DNA of 53,848 nt, taken from assembly GCA_026388215.1 (NCBI GenBank), contig JAPLKF010000164.1, positions 1 through 53,848 on the forward strand. The letters are read 5' to 3'. Shown one piece after another: positions 26,501-34,640 of this stretch. The notes under the pieces are model-generated. The model saw only the letters and a list, made by a program, of their open reading frames with translations. It was not told the DNA's origin and searched no databases. Made by a program: the position numbers and the translations under genes. The number at the start of each line of letters is the position of its first letter. Within the stretch, counting starts at the first letter, position 1. Source of the stretch: Pseudomonadota bacterium. GTDB taxonomy: Bacteria > Desulfobacterota > Syntrophorhabdia > Syntrophorhabdales > Syntrophorhabdaceae.

Positions 26501-26529
26501 CCCCATTGGTTTGCAAGGCCTGTTGACAT

Positions 26530-27702
26530 TTAAGCATATTCGCTCTTCACATGCTGGATGAAATAATCTAACCCTGAAACAGTTACGCCTTCTTTCATCA
26601 GGTATGATTCATCTACAGGAGCAATAATCCATGCTTTTTGAATATTCATATCTTCAAGGGCATTCCAGAGCCCTTTTGTCACTGTTGGAGCTTTCGACGA
26701 TTTAAACTCAACGGCAATCTTTTTTCTGCCTCTTATTAGAATCAGGTCGATTTCATTACCCGATGATGTCCTGTAAAAAAAACTTTTCCAGCCCGCTAAT
26801 TCAGCCAATATGTTCTCAAGTGCAAAACCTTCCCAGGAGGCTCCAAAAACCGGATGCCCCAGCAACTCATTAAAATCAAATATTTCCAGCAAACTATGAA
26901 GTAACCCTGAGTCCCGGATATAAACCTTAGGTGATTTGATAATTCTTTTTTTTACATTCACTTCATAGGGTTGGAGAGTACGGATTATAAATGTCTGTTC
27001 AAGGAGGTCAATGTAATTCCTGATAGTGTGATAAGAAACTCCTAACGCATCGCCAAGCTTGGAGCTATTCAAAAGCTGCCCCTGGTTATGTGCACACATT
27101 GTTAAAAACCTGCGAAGCTTAAGGGCAGGTATATTTATCCCCAGTTGCGGAATATCCCTTTCAACAAAGGTACGGATAAAATTCTCTCTCCATCTATTGC
27201 TCAGGTTGTCATCAATAGATAGAAAGCTGTCAGGGTATCCTCCACGAAACCAATATTGTGTGATATTGTATTGCGGTAAATCCCTGATTTCCGATATAAC
27301 AAAAGGGGTCAATTCAATAAAAGAGATTCTTCCTGCTAAAGACTCAGAACTCTGCCGGATCAGGTCTCTGGAAGCAGAACCCAGAATGAGGATCTGGCCA
27401 TTTCTTCTATTCCGGTCTACAATGCTCCTGAGCACTGGAAAAAGGTCCTGTCTAAACTGAATTTCATCAAGACAGACAGTTTTATTTTTGTTAACATCAA
27501 AAAAGAGTTCGGGATCATCAAGCTTTCTAAGATCAGAGGGGCTTTCAAGGTCAAGATAGATAAAATTCTCTATTTTTTCTTTCAACATTTTTGCAAGTGT
27601 AGACTTTCCGCACTGACGGGAGCCAAGAATAGCAACAACTGGAAAAGAACGAAGGTCTTCCAAAATAGTGAATTCAGAGTTTCTTTTAATTAAAGTTTGC
27701 AT
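26530..27702 (-). CDS. AAA+ ATPase of the AAA_14/DUF4143 (COG1373) type
   Basis: Walker A GSRQCGKST, Walker B VCLDEIQ, then ...YWFRGGYP... and a C-terminal DUF4143-like region (...IRDSGLLHSLL...). Confidence 0.7.
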   Translation of the reverse strand: MQTLIKRNSEFTILEDLRSFPVVAILGSRQCGKSTLAKMLKEKIENFIYLDLESPSDLRKLDDPELFFDVNKNKTVCLDEIQFRQDLFPVLRSIVDRNRRNGQILILGSASRDLIRQSSESLAGRISFIELTPFVISEIRDLPQYNITQYWFRGGYPDSFLSIDDNLSNRWRENFIRTFVERDIPQLGINIPALKLRRFLTMCAHNQGQLLNSSKLGDALGVSYHTIRNYIDLLEQTFIIRTLQPYEVNVKKRIIKSPKVYIRDSGLLHSLLEIFDFNELLGHPVFGASWEGFALENILAELAGWKSFFYRTSSGNEIDLILIRGRKKIAVEFKSSKAPTVTKGLWNALEDMNIQKAWIIAPVDESYLMKEGVTVSGLDYFIQHVKSEYA

Positions 27703-27752
27703 ATTAGAATTATAACTTCTATTTTACAAACTTTCAAGTTTTTTTGCAGGTT

Positions 27753-28036
27753 ATACCAAGTTGCGATTAGTCGAACACTGTAGTTATCCAGGAAGCCGTC
27801 TCCTCCATTCGCTTGCTCAACATTTCTACCCTTTCTAAGGCTTGCTTCACTCTCATTCGTAAACTTGCTCGACCCATTTCATGGGTACCCCTCGCTTCGG
27901 ACATACTCATGAGCCCCTTTCAGGGGACATTTCGCTTCGCCGAGAAGGGACTACAAAATGTTTCGATGCTCATTCCAGAGAAGCCTTCCTTCCGGACAAT
28001 TCTCTATTCGGTGGCTATTAGATCGCAACTTGGTAT
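27753..28036. repeat. 284-bp element bounded by a perfect 15-bp inverted repeat (ATACCAAGTTGCGAT / ATCGCAACTTGGTAT)
   Basis: The arms are at 27753-27767 and 28022-28036. The interior carries three short hairpins (CCTTtctAAGG, ACCCAtttcaTGGGT, CCCCtttcaGGGG) and about six spaced copies of a TCGCTTSS-like motif. It is either a MITE or a structured RNA; unresolved. Confidence 0.5.
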
Positions 28037-28185
28037 TACTAACGAAAATAAGAGACGAAGGGCGAGGAATGAATAAAGACCGAAAGATAATGTACAAAAA
28101 ACAGGGAAACGGAGATTGGGGAAGCGGTGAGAAGGAGAAAGAGAGAAAGACGAACCCCGAACTCTGAACTTAAACGACAACCTGT

Positions 28186-28770
28186 TCACTCGTAACTCCT
28201 GAGCAGCGCCACTACCTTCCCGATAACTTCTAATCTTTTCCCATCCTTTTCTTTGATAATCAAGGGTTCCATGTCTTTATTCGCAGGCAGAAGCATAACT
28301 TCACCGTTATTCCGTTTGAACCTCTTTACAAGAACCTCCCCGTCAATCACACACGCTATAATATCTCCATCTCTCACGACCTTCTGGGGCTTCACAACCA
28401 CTATGTCTTTGTCTCTTATTCCATCTTCTACCATACTAGCGCCTTTTACTTTCAGGAAAAGGTGCTCAGCATTGAGGAACTTATCAAGCTCAATATAGTC
28501 CTCTATATTTAAGGGCGCCATAGGGCTTCCTGCTGAGATTTCTCCGATGACAGGAAGCTGAATGTTCCTTAATATTCGTAGCCCCCTTCTCTTCCCTTTA
28601 TCCCTTTTTATATATCCTTTCTTTTCGAGGGCCACAATGTGGTCAAATACGGTTCTTACAGATTGTATCTTGAAAAAGGACGCAATCTCTCTTAATGTTG
28701 GAGGGTATCCATTCTTGAGCACCCCACTCTGTATATACCTCAGTACCTCAGATTGTCTTTTTGTCAGCAC
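28186..28770 (-). CDS. lexA: LexA repressor (S24 self-cleaving)
   Basis: N-terminal wHTH (LTKRQSEVLRYI...GYPPTLREIA), a catalytic Ser in ...KGASMVEDGI... and a Lys in ...VLVKRF.... 194 aa. Confidence 0.85.
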   Translation of the reverse strand: MLTKRQSEVLRYIQSGVLKNGYPPTLREIASFFKIQSVRTVFDHIVALEKKGYIKRDKGKRRGLRILRNIQLPVIGEISAGSPMAPLNIEDYIELDKFLNAEHLFLKVKGASMVEDGIRDKDIVVVKPQKVVRDGDIIACVIDGEVLVKRFKRNNGEVMLLPANKDMEPLIIKEKDGKRLEVIGKVVALLRSYE

Positions 28771-28793
28771 TGTTAACTCCCTGCGGGATAATT

Positions 28794-28866
28794 ATGAATG
28801 TAGAATGTAGAATGAAGAATTTTAATATCTTTCCATTTTTAATTCTTAATTTTTTATTCTTCATTG
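28794..28866. repeat. Heptamer-word palindrome (GAATGTA GAATGTA GAATGAA GAATT ... AATTCTT ... ATTCTTCATT)
   Basis: Read directly. The arms at 28794-28821 and 28841-28866 fill the gap between the phosphorylase stop (28870) and the lexA start (28770). Confidence 0.5.
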
Positions 28867-28869
28867 TCT

Positions 28870-29616
28870 TTAGCATACCGCCTCTTTTAGCATAAAATCT
28901 GATAACTTTCTTACCCCTTCCTTAAATGGTTTTGCAAAGAAACCGCTCTTCCAGCTTCCATCTCTGAATAAATCAGATATAACCAAAAGTGCAATACCTT
29001 TCAACCCTCTGTATTTGCATACCGCATAAAAGGAAGCTACTTCCATCTCTACGGCAGAAATACCCATCTTTCTGTACTTTTTAATTTTGCTCTGCGTTTC
29101 TCTATAAAGTGCATCACAACTCCAGACAGTGCCCTCGAAAAAGCCCCATTCTTTTATGCAATACTTCCATACTTCAAACCAGTCTGAATAAACAAAGGCC
29201 TCCCTGTCTTTTAAGTAATGATAAGAAATACCATCCTCCCTTAAGGCACCTCTTACGAGAATAACATTCCCTATTTCTAAGTAGCTATCTATGCCCCCGC
29301 AATAACCCCATAAGACAAATTCCTTAACACCGAAGGTAGAAAGTTCTTCAACTGTAGCAGCAATATTCGGGCCACCTAAGTAAGACCTGATTATAACAGT
29401 ATTGCTTTTCTCAATCCTGTATATGGGTCTGAAATGGGACCATGCACCTATCATGTTACCTTTTGATTTATTCAGTATAGATTTAAGGTCCCCTGTATTG
29501 AATGTGATTATTACCCTTTCCGGAAGAGAAAGCTCCTCCCTCTTTTTTCCTGTAAACGTTGACACAATATCAGCGGGGGTTAGAAGTGGTGGGGAGGGAT
29601 CAAAAAACCTTTTCAA
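28870..29616 (-). CDS. Nucleoside phosphorylase family 1 (PNP_UDP_1) protein
   Basis: ...YLGGPNIAATVEEL..., ...ISAVEMEVASFYAVC... (the EME motif context of DeoD/Udp-type phosphorylases). 248 aa. Confidence 0.65.
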   Translation of the reverse strand: MKRFFDPSPPLLTPADIVSTFTGKKREELSLPERVIITFNTGDLKSILNKSKGNMIGAWSHFRPIYRIEKSNTVIIRSYLGGPNIAATVEELSTFGVKEFVLWGYCGGIDSYLEIGNVILVRGALREDGISYHYLKDREAFVYSDWFEVWKYCIKEWGFFEGTVWSCDALYRETQSKIKKYRKMGISAVEMEVASFYAVCKYRGLKGIALLVISDLFRDGSWKSGFFAKPFKEGVRKLSDFMLKEAVC

Positions 29617-30091
29617 TAAATCTTCTCTTCAGCTTTCTATATGTTTCATCAAGGTGTTCAGAGATTACCCTAATCTCACCCACTACAGGCATAAAGTTTG
29701 TGTCGCCAAACCATCGCGGGACAATGTGTATATGAATGTGTTCTTCAAGCCCGGCACCGGCTGCTCTCCCCACATTAATGCCTATATTCAATCCATCAAC
29801 CCTGAACTCTTCCTTGAAAATATCCACCATGATTTTTACAAGCTTCATCATGTCGAGGGATTCCTCATCAATCAATTCCTCAAGCAATCCTACGTGTCTC
29901 ACAGGAACCACCATAACGTGGCCATTTGTATACGGGAACCTGTTCATAACAACAAATGCCTTTCCCATCCTTCCTATTACAAGCGCCCTTTCATCATCAT
30001 CTTTATCAACACAGAGAAAACATTTGTTATCCCTCTTATTAATAGAGCCTGTAATATATTCAATCCTCCATGGCGCCCATATTCTATCCAT
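29600..30091 (-). CDS. HIT-family nucleotide hydrolase/transferase
   Basis: Histidine triad EHIHIHIVPRW. The N-terminus MDRIWAPWRIEYI is typical of the Ap4A-phosphorylase-like HIT subgroup. ATG 30091 is preferred over the track start at 30136. Confidence 0.8.
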   Translation of the reverse strand: MDRIWAPWRIEYITGSINKRDNKCFLCVDKDDDERALVIGRMGKAFVVMNRFPYTNGHVMVVPVRHVGLLEELIDEESLDMMKLVKIMVDIFKEEFRVDGLNIGINVGRAAGAGLEEHIHIHIVPRWFGDTNFMPVVGEIRVISEHLDETYRKLKRRFIEKVF

Positions 30092-30092
30092 A

Positions 30093-30605
30093 TTAATCCC
30101 TCGAAAATACGTAATCTTTCCAGTATTCTGGAACAACCTTTACACCGATGTGAAGCATGAGCATATAAAAACTATTTGGTCTTGAAGGTCTTTTTCTTGG
30201 ATACATATCCACTTCATCCGGGAGTTTATCGCTCTTTCTAAGATTACAATGTATGCATGAGGTGACGATATTTGACCACTCTGTTACCCCGCCCCTTGAT
30301 TTAGGAACTATGTGGTCACAGGTGAGACCTTTGGGGTCAAACCTCTTTCCACAATACTGACAGGTATAGTCATCCCTTAAAAATATATTCCTTCTTGAAA
30401 ACTTCACACTCATATGATTATTACGAACGAGCCTTAAGAGCCTCATAACAGCAGGCTGCCTGATGCTTATGGAAACGCCCCTTATTTCTCTCTCATACTC
30501 TCTTAAGACCTCAACCTTTCCGAGAAACATAAGGGTTACGGCTTTCTTCCATGACAGCACGCTTAATGGTTCAAATGTTGTATTCAAAAGAAGGGTTCTA
30601 TCCAT
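30093..30605 (-). CDS. HNH endonuclease (McrA-like, ~170 aa)
   Basis: CQYCGKRF...CDHIVPKSRGGVTEWSNIVTSCIHCNLRK is an HNH motif with zinc-ligand Cys pairs. Confidence 0.8.
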   Translation of the reverse strand: MDRTLLLNTTFEPLSVLSWKKAVTLMFLGKVEVLREYEREIRGVSISIRQPAVMRLLRLVRNNHMSVKFSRRNIFLRDDYTCQYCGKRFDPKGLTCDHIVPKSRGGVTEWSNIVTSCIHCNLRKSDKLPDEVDMYPRKRPSRPNSFYMLMLHIGVKVVPEYWKDYVFSRD

Positions 30606-30815
30606 AAATCTTTTGAAAATTAACGTTTTTTTGCCTGATTGTCAAGGTTTTTCAAATAGTTATAGACTGATAAGCCGATGGCTGATAATCCATAAAGACA
30701 TGACCTTACCCACCTGCTTATAACAGCTGAAAAATTTTACTTTTTTCTGGTCTTACAGGTTATATGTATGATATTAAAAAATGTGTATAATAAATTTAAT
30801 AAAAGGGGTGAGGAT

Positions 30816-31256
30816 ATGCCTGTTCAAGGTGACGATGATAAACAAGGGAAAGGCGGGGAAGAATTTTGGAAACCCTTAGAGAATCAAGAGAAGATTAAAG
30901 AAAATGGGGGGATTAAAGGTATGTTAAAAAACCTGCCAACGACGACAATAATTCTTGTTCTGTTGATTGTGATTGTCGGTGCAGTGGTTGTTTCCATGGC
31001 GTTAAAGGTTTCAACACTTAAGGCAGAGATAAGTGAAATTAAAGGATTGAAAACACAGATAACGGCGATTGAAGCCAAACTGGGGGAGATTAATAAGGAT
31101 AGAGACAGAATAAAAAATGATTTAACCCAGGTCAGAGGGGATTTAGAAACCTTTAAGGCCCAGAAGGCACAGGCTGAGGCAGCGCTCCAGAAACAAATTA
31201 CAGCCAGAAAAAGGGCTGCTGCTCAAAAATCGGTTCCAAGGGACAAAAGGCCTTAA
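30816..31256 (+). CDS. Single-pass membrane protein with coiled-coil ectodomain (hypothetical)
   Basis: ATG 30816 after AGGGGTGAGG. TM TTIILVLLIVIVGAVVVSMAL, then heptad-like KAEISEIKGLKTQITAIEAKLGEINKDRDRIKNDL.... Confidence 0.45.
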   Translation: MPVQGDDDKQGKGGEEFWKPLENQEKIKENGGIKGMLKNLPTTTIILVLLIVIVGAVVVSMALKVSTLKAEISEIKGLKTQITAIEAKLGEINKDRDRIKNDLTQVRGDLETFKAQKAQAEAALQKQITARKRAAAQKSVPRDKRP

Positions 31257-31276
31257 CCCTTAAAAAGGAGGGGATA

Positions 31277-31759
31277 ATGAATATTTTTGAAGCCGCTGAT
31301 ATCTTTCAGTTTGCCATCAGAATAGAAGAGAACGGTGAAATATTTTATCATAGGGCGGCCCTTATCGCAGACGATAAAAACATAGCAGATATATTTAATC
31401 ATCTTGCCGATGAAGAGATAATACACAAAAGAATATTTCAGGATCTATTGTCAAAAGTAGACGTGCACAGACAACCGGAAAGTTATAAGGGAGAATATAT
31501 TGCGTACCTTCGTGACTATATAGACAATAAGGCTGTTTTTACAAAGGAGGTAAGGGACAGTGAATTATCAAACGTTCATGACACCCTGTCAGCAATCAAC
31601 TTTGCCATGCAGAGGGAGTTAGACTCTGTTCTTTATTACCAGGAAATAAAGCAGTTTGTACTGGAAAAACAGCACGGTTTGATAGACAAAATCATTGAGG
31701 AAGAAAGGGAACATTTCTCGAAGCTCTCGACCATTAAGAAAAGCTACACAGAAAAGTAG
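31277..31759 (+). CDS. Ferritin-like/rubrerythrin-type diiron four-helix-bundle protein
   Basis: ...FAIRIEENGEIFY..., ...LADEEIIHKRIF..., ...AMQRELDSVLYY... and ...EEEREHFSKL are ExxH-type pairs typical of rubrerythrin-like domains. No rubredoxin tail. Confidence 0.6.
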   Translation: MNIFEAADIFQFAIRIEENGEIFYHRAALIADDKNIADIFNHLADEEIIHKRIFQDLLSKVDVHRQPESYKGEYIAYLRDYIDNKAVFTKEVRDSELSNVHDTLSAINFAMQRELDSVLYYQEIKQFVLEKQHGLIDKIIEEEREHFSKLSTIKKSYTEK

Positions 31760-31765
31760 ATTCTT

Positions 31766-32173
31766 TTATGGACACACATTATCGCGTAAGGCACCTATCA
31801 TAACCCCTGATGGAATATAACTTGCTGGCGGATTGTCTTTGATGTCTTCGTGTCTTATTGGTGCGTCTTTTTTTGTACTGTCTTCGGTATTGGATAGGAT
31901 AGTGATAGTATATTTTCTGGAAGAACAGTTTATCTCGAATTGTAATTTAGACCTTTCTTGTTCTTCTCCATCACGTATCTTCTCCACTGTCTTTTGCCAG
32001 ACCCTGACAATATTTTTTTCAGGACGTTCAATACTTTCTTTATCAAAAAGATATTCTTCTCCTGATTCAGCTTTGTAAAACAACTTCCACTCTGCCCCTT
32101 CTGATATTGAATAGCCAGCAGTAATGAACAGTCCAGCAAAAATAATGACCAGCATCTTTTGAAAAAAACTCAT
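31766..32173 (-). CDS. Exported hypothetical protein
   Basis: ORF track, with ATG 32173 preferred. Signal/TM MSFFQKMLVIIFAGLFITAGYS. No firm family. Confidence 0.4.
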   Translation of the reverse strand: MSFFQKMLVIIFAGLFITAGYSISEGAEWKLFYKAESGEEYLFDKESIERPEKNIVRVWQKTVEKIRDGEEQERSKLQFEINCSSRKYTITILSNTEDSTKKDAPIRHEDIKDNPPASYIPSGVMIGALRDNVCP

Positions 32174-32180
32174 TTGAGGG

Positions 32181-32783
32181 TTACTTTCCACCTTGTTCCT
32201 GTCTTTTTTGCTCCATGTAGCTTACAACCCGGAGAAGTCCTTTTCCCTTTGCAATATCAAAGGCTGTTTTATTCTCTTTATTTGCCGCAGTCAGGTCTGC
32301 ACCTTTATTTATCAGGATATTGGCCATGCCTACGTACTTGTTTGAACAGGCACACATAAGGGGGGTATTATTGGCGCTATCCCTGGCATTTATATCAGCA
32401 CCGTACTCTATCAATAAGCTTGCTATCTCTATATGCCCATTTTTGCATGCATTCATAAGCAGGCTATCACCACTACTGTCCCTTACATTCACATCAACAC
32501 CTCTGGCAGTCAATAATCTAACTGTTCCTGTATGACCATTCCAGCAGGCATATACAAGAGGTGTATTGCCAAGTTTATTCATTGCATTTACATTGGCTCC
32601 ACTATCTATCAATAACCTTGCTGTGTCCGTAAAACCGTTCATGCAGGCATACATAAGGGGGGTAGAGCCGTTGTTATCGGCAGCATTTACATCGGCGCCC
32701 TTATCTATAAATAGTCTTACATTATCAATATCGCCTTTCTCACAGGCCTTAAACAAAAGTTCTGTGAATTGACTGCCCGTCAT
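32181..32783 (-). CDS. Ankyrin-repeat protein (about five repeats)
   Basis: Repeated G.TPLM.AC..GH...V.LLI..GADVNA units are readable directly in the translation. Confidence 0.8.
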   Translation of the reverse strand: MTGSQFTELLFKACEKGDIDNVRLFIDKGADVNAADNNGSTPLMYACMNGFTDTARLLIDSGANVNAMNKLGNTPLVYACWNGHTGTVRLLTARGVDVNVRDSSGDSLLMNACKNGHIEIASLLIEYGADINARDSANNTPLMCACSNKYVGMANILINKGADLTAANKENKTAFDIAKGKGLLRVVSYMEQKRQEQGGK

Positions 32784-32833
32784 AAATTATATTATACCAT
32801 GAATAGATTAAATAGAAAAATCGAAAAATTTCT

Positions 32834-33217
32834 TCAAGCCTCAAGGAGGCTGTGATACCAGGGAAAATGTATCATAAGTTTGTCTTCTATATCGTTCAGT
32901 ATCAACTGTGCCAGTTCCACCGGTTTATTAGCCTTTTCAAATCCCTCTGAACTAAATCCTCCTTCGTTTTCCCCTAATATCAGAAAATTCCTAATTCTTG
33001 CCGGTCTCCAGGTTAACATTGCCTTTACGGTTTCTGCTACTATGTCCTCTACTTCGATTTTTCCTTTTTCAATTCCCCAGAGCGCCAGTTGGGCGATATA
33101 AGGTGACATAGGATCAGGCCTTTCCCCTGCCTTCTCGAGCATCTCCTTTGCCTTTTGGCTGACCGGCAGTCTATTCAATCTTTTCATCTCTTCCTGCAAC
33201 CTTTTTTCTTTTTGCAA
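32834..33217 (-). CDS. Hypothetical protein
   Basis: ORF track only, with a TTG start (ATG alternative at 33187). No recognisable motif. Confidence 0.35.
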   Translation of the reverse strand: MQKEKRLQEEMKRLNRLPVSQKAKEMLEKAGERPDPMSPYIAQLALWGIEKGKIEVEDIVAETVKAMLTWRPARIRNFLILGENEGGFSSEGFEKANKPVELAQLILNDIEDKLMIHFPWYHSLLEA

Positions 33218-33338
33218 TCAAGACCTTGCCATTTTTCTTAATGACAAAAGCGGTAACTATTATGGAGTCAGAACCCTTAGCCTTAAGTCACGGCTACCTT
33301 TTATTCCTCCATGGAGATACTGTTTGGTGGTCTGGACG

Positions 33339-33848
33339 TTAAAGAAATTGCTCAAATCGCTCCTTTTTTGCCTTGCATATAGGACAGACTTCAGGAGGTT
33401 GCTCCCTGGCGCATAAATAGCCACAGACCTTGCATCTCCATAGAGGATAAGGAAGTGTACCAGGACCTTTAAGCAGGGGTTCTGCCTTCTTCCCTCTTTC
33501 TTCAGGCGAGGGCCTCCTTTCAGGAATTGACGTTATCTTCTTTTCCCCCTTGAGGCCAGACAGGGATACATACAGGGCACAGTAGCAGACGCCATGTTCA
33601 TTTAAATCGAGGTCACGGTAATCGCAAGGGCATATAATATCAACATCTTCCAGCCTATTGTTAGATGCCAGCCTGCAGGGGCATGCATAGTATCCATACC
33701 TCCTTTGATTTAAAAGCAGGCCTCTGACGAGTTCTTTTGCGAAGTCTATATCAGGATTGAGATGGTATCCCGATGCTTCAGCATCTTTCGATAACCTATC
33801 GTAGAGGCTTTTCACCTCTTCCACACTAAGAGGTTTATCATTACTCAT
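33339..33848 (-). CDS. Ferredoxin:thioredoxin-reductase catalytic-subunit-like protein fused to a rubredoxin-type zinc/iron ribbon
   Basis: FTRc Cys pattern ...CPCRLASN...IICPCDYR...HGVCYCALY..., plus a C-terminal ...WRCKVCGY...CPICKAKK... (CxxC...CxxC). Confidence 0.7.
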   Translation of the reverse strand: MSNDKPLSVEEVKSLYDRLSKDAEASGYHLNPDIDFAKELVRGLLLNQRRYGYYACPCRLASNNRLEDVDIICPCDYRDLDLNEHGVCYCALYVSLSGLKGEKKITSIPERRPSPEERGKKAEPLLKGPGTLPYPLWRCKVCGYLCAREQPPEVCPICKAKKERFEQFL

Positions 33849-34120
33849 AATCCAGCTGCCTCCCTTATCTTCTTTTCATCATAACCAACTATACATTTCT
33901 CTCCATTTATTACAATCGAGGGAAATGAACAGCTCGGATTCCATCGTTTGATTTCCTGTATGGTTTTTTGCCTTTCCTCACCTTTTAGGGCGTCCACATC
34001 CACATAATCATAGCCCACGCCGAGGTCTTGAAGAAAGGCCTTTGTTTTTTTACACCAGACGCATGTGCTCAGTGTATAGATAATTATATTTCCCCTGTCA
34101 CTCCCATCAACATGTTTCAT
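33845..34120 (-). CDS. Glutaredoxin/NrdH-like thioredoxin-fold protein
   Basis: 91 aa with active-site CVWC in ...[19 protein letters not shown].... 4-nt overlap with the FTR-like gene. Confidence 0.7.
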   Translation of the reverse strand: MKHVDGSDRGNIIIYTLSTCVWCKKTKAFLQDLGVGYDYVDVDALKGEERQKTIQEIKRWNPSCSFPSIVINGEKCIVGYDEKKIREAAGL

Positions 34121-34171
34121 AGCCCTAACATCACCCCCTATCGTTCTGTTCTATATTGAATGTTTGTTTAA

Positions 34172-34579
34172 CTATTGCCAGCCAATTGGCTCGTAACCCT
34201 TTTCTCTGAGACAGCGGTACACAAAGTTTTTATAAACCGGAGTTGGTTTTGATGCCCTGGATACTCCATGTATAAGTCCTGATGCTGCACCTGCTGCTAC
34301 ACCCACTCCTGCACCTCTACCCAGATTGCCAGTCACAGCACCTGCTGCTCCTCCAATAACCGCACCAGCCGCTCCACCAGCCGCTGTGCTTTTCGCAGCC
34401 TCCAGACCAGCATCAGATTTAACGTATTCATCGGCCTTACTTTCGCATTCTTCAATATCCCTTTGAGCCTTTTCTTCCCCTACCATTTTAAGATATGCAT
34501 TAGGGTAAAGGACAGGTCCCTGGGATGCACAACCTGTCAAAAGGAGAATGGTGATTAATATAAGAAATCTTTTCATCAT
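34172..34579 (-). CDS. Glycine-zipper lipoprotein
   Basis: Lipobox LLTGC after MMKRFLILITILL, and Gly/Ala zipper ...AAGGAAGAVIGGAAGAVTGNLGRGAGVGVAAGAASG.... Confidence 0.6.
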   Translation of the reverse strand: MMKRFLILITILLLTGCASQGPVLYPNAYLKMVGEEKAQRDIEECESKADEYVKSDAGLEAAKSTAAGGAAGAVIGGAAGAVTGNLGRGAGVGVAAGAASGLIHGVSRASKPTPVYKNFVYRCLREKGYEPIGWQ

Positions 34580-34640
34580 GTTATTCCCCACATCCAATTT
34601 TAACCGTTTGCATGGAAATATTCAAGGTTATCCCTTTTTC

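Larger units (their letters stand above)
24970..26525 (-). mobile_element. IS110-family insertion sequence (ends approximate)
   Basis: A single DEDD-type transposase gene with a long (~275 nt) non-coding region 5' of it and a short (~80 nt) one 3' of it, and no terminal inverted repeats visible. This is the usual IS110 layout. The boundaries are not determinable from one copy. Confidence 0.5.

Noticed and set aside
27984-27997. The minus strand reads GUCCGGAAGGAAGG, resembling the SRP (4.5S) RNA domain IV apex GUCCGGAAGGAAGCAGC with its GGAA tetraloop.
   Set aside because: The highly conserved AGCA/symmetric-loop nucleotides are replaced (AGGC, UUG). The motif is not at the apex of a long hairpin formed by flanking sequence, and it sits near one end of the inverted-repeat-bounded element. 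This is most likely a chance match.
27753-28036. Retron msr/msd, RNase P RNA, tmRNA or 6S RNA as the identity of the inverted-repeat-closed element.
   Set aside because: No reverse transcriptase gene lies downstream on either strand. There is no GAGGAAAGUCCGG (P4) motif, no tRNA-like end or tag ORF, and the length does not fit 6S. The identity is left open in the findings.
28039-28190. A complete third attC/REP-like copy downstream of lexA.
   Set aside because: Only the left-hand blocks (CTAACG, AGACGAAG) and a distant GACGAACCCCGAAC match. No right-hand GTTAG-type core was found, so it is mentioned only as a partial match.
29402-30185. Plus-strand ORFs 29402..30160 (252 aa) and 29736..30185 (149 aa).
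   Set aside because: They lie antisense to the HIT and phosphorylase genes, which carry unambiguous motifs (HIHIHIV, EME). The plus-strand translations are Ser/Leu/Ile-rich and low in complexity.
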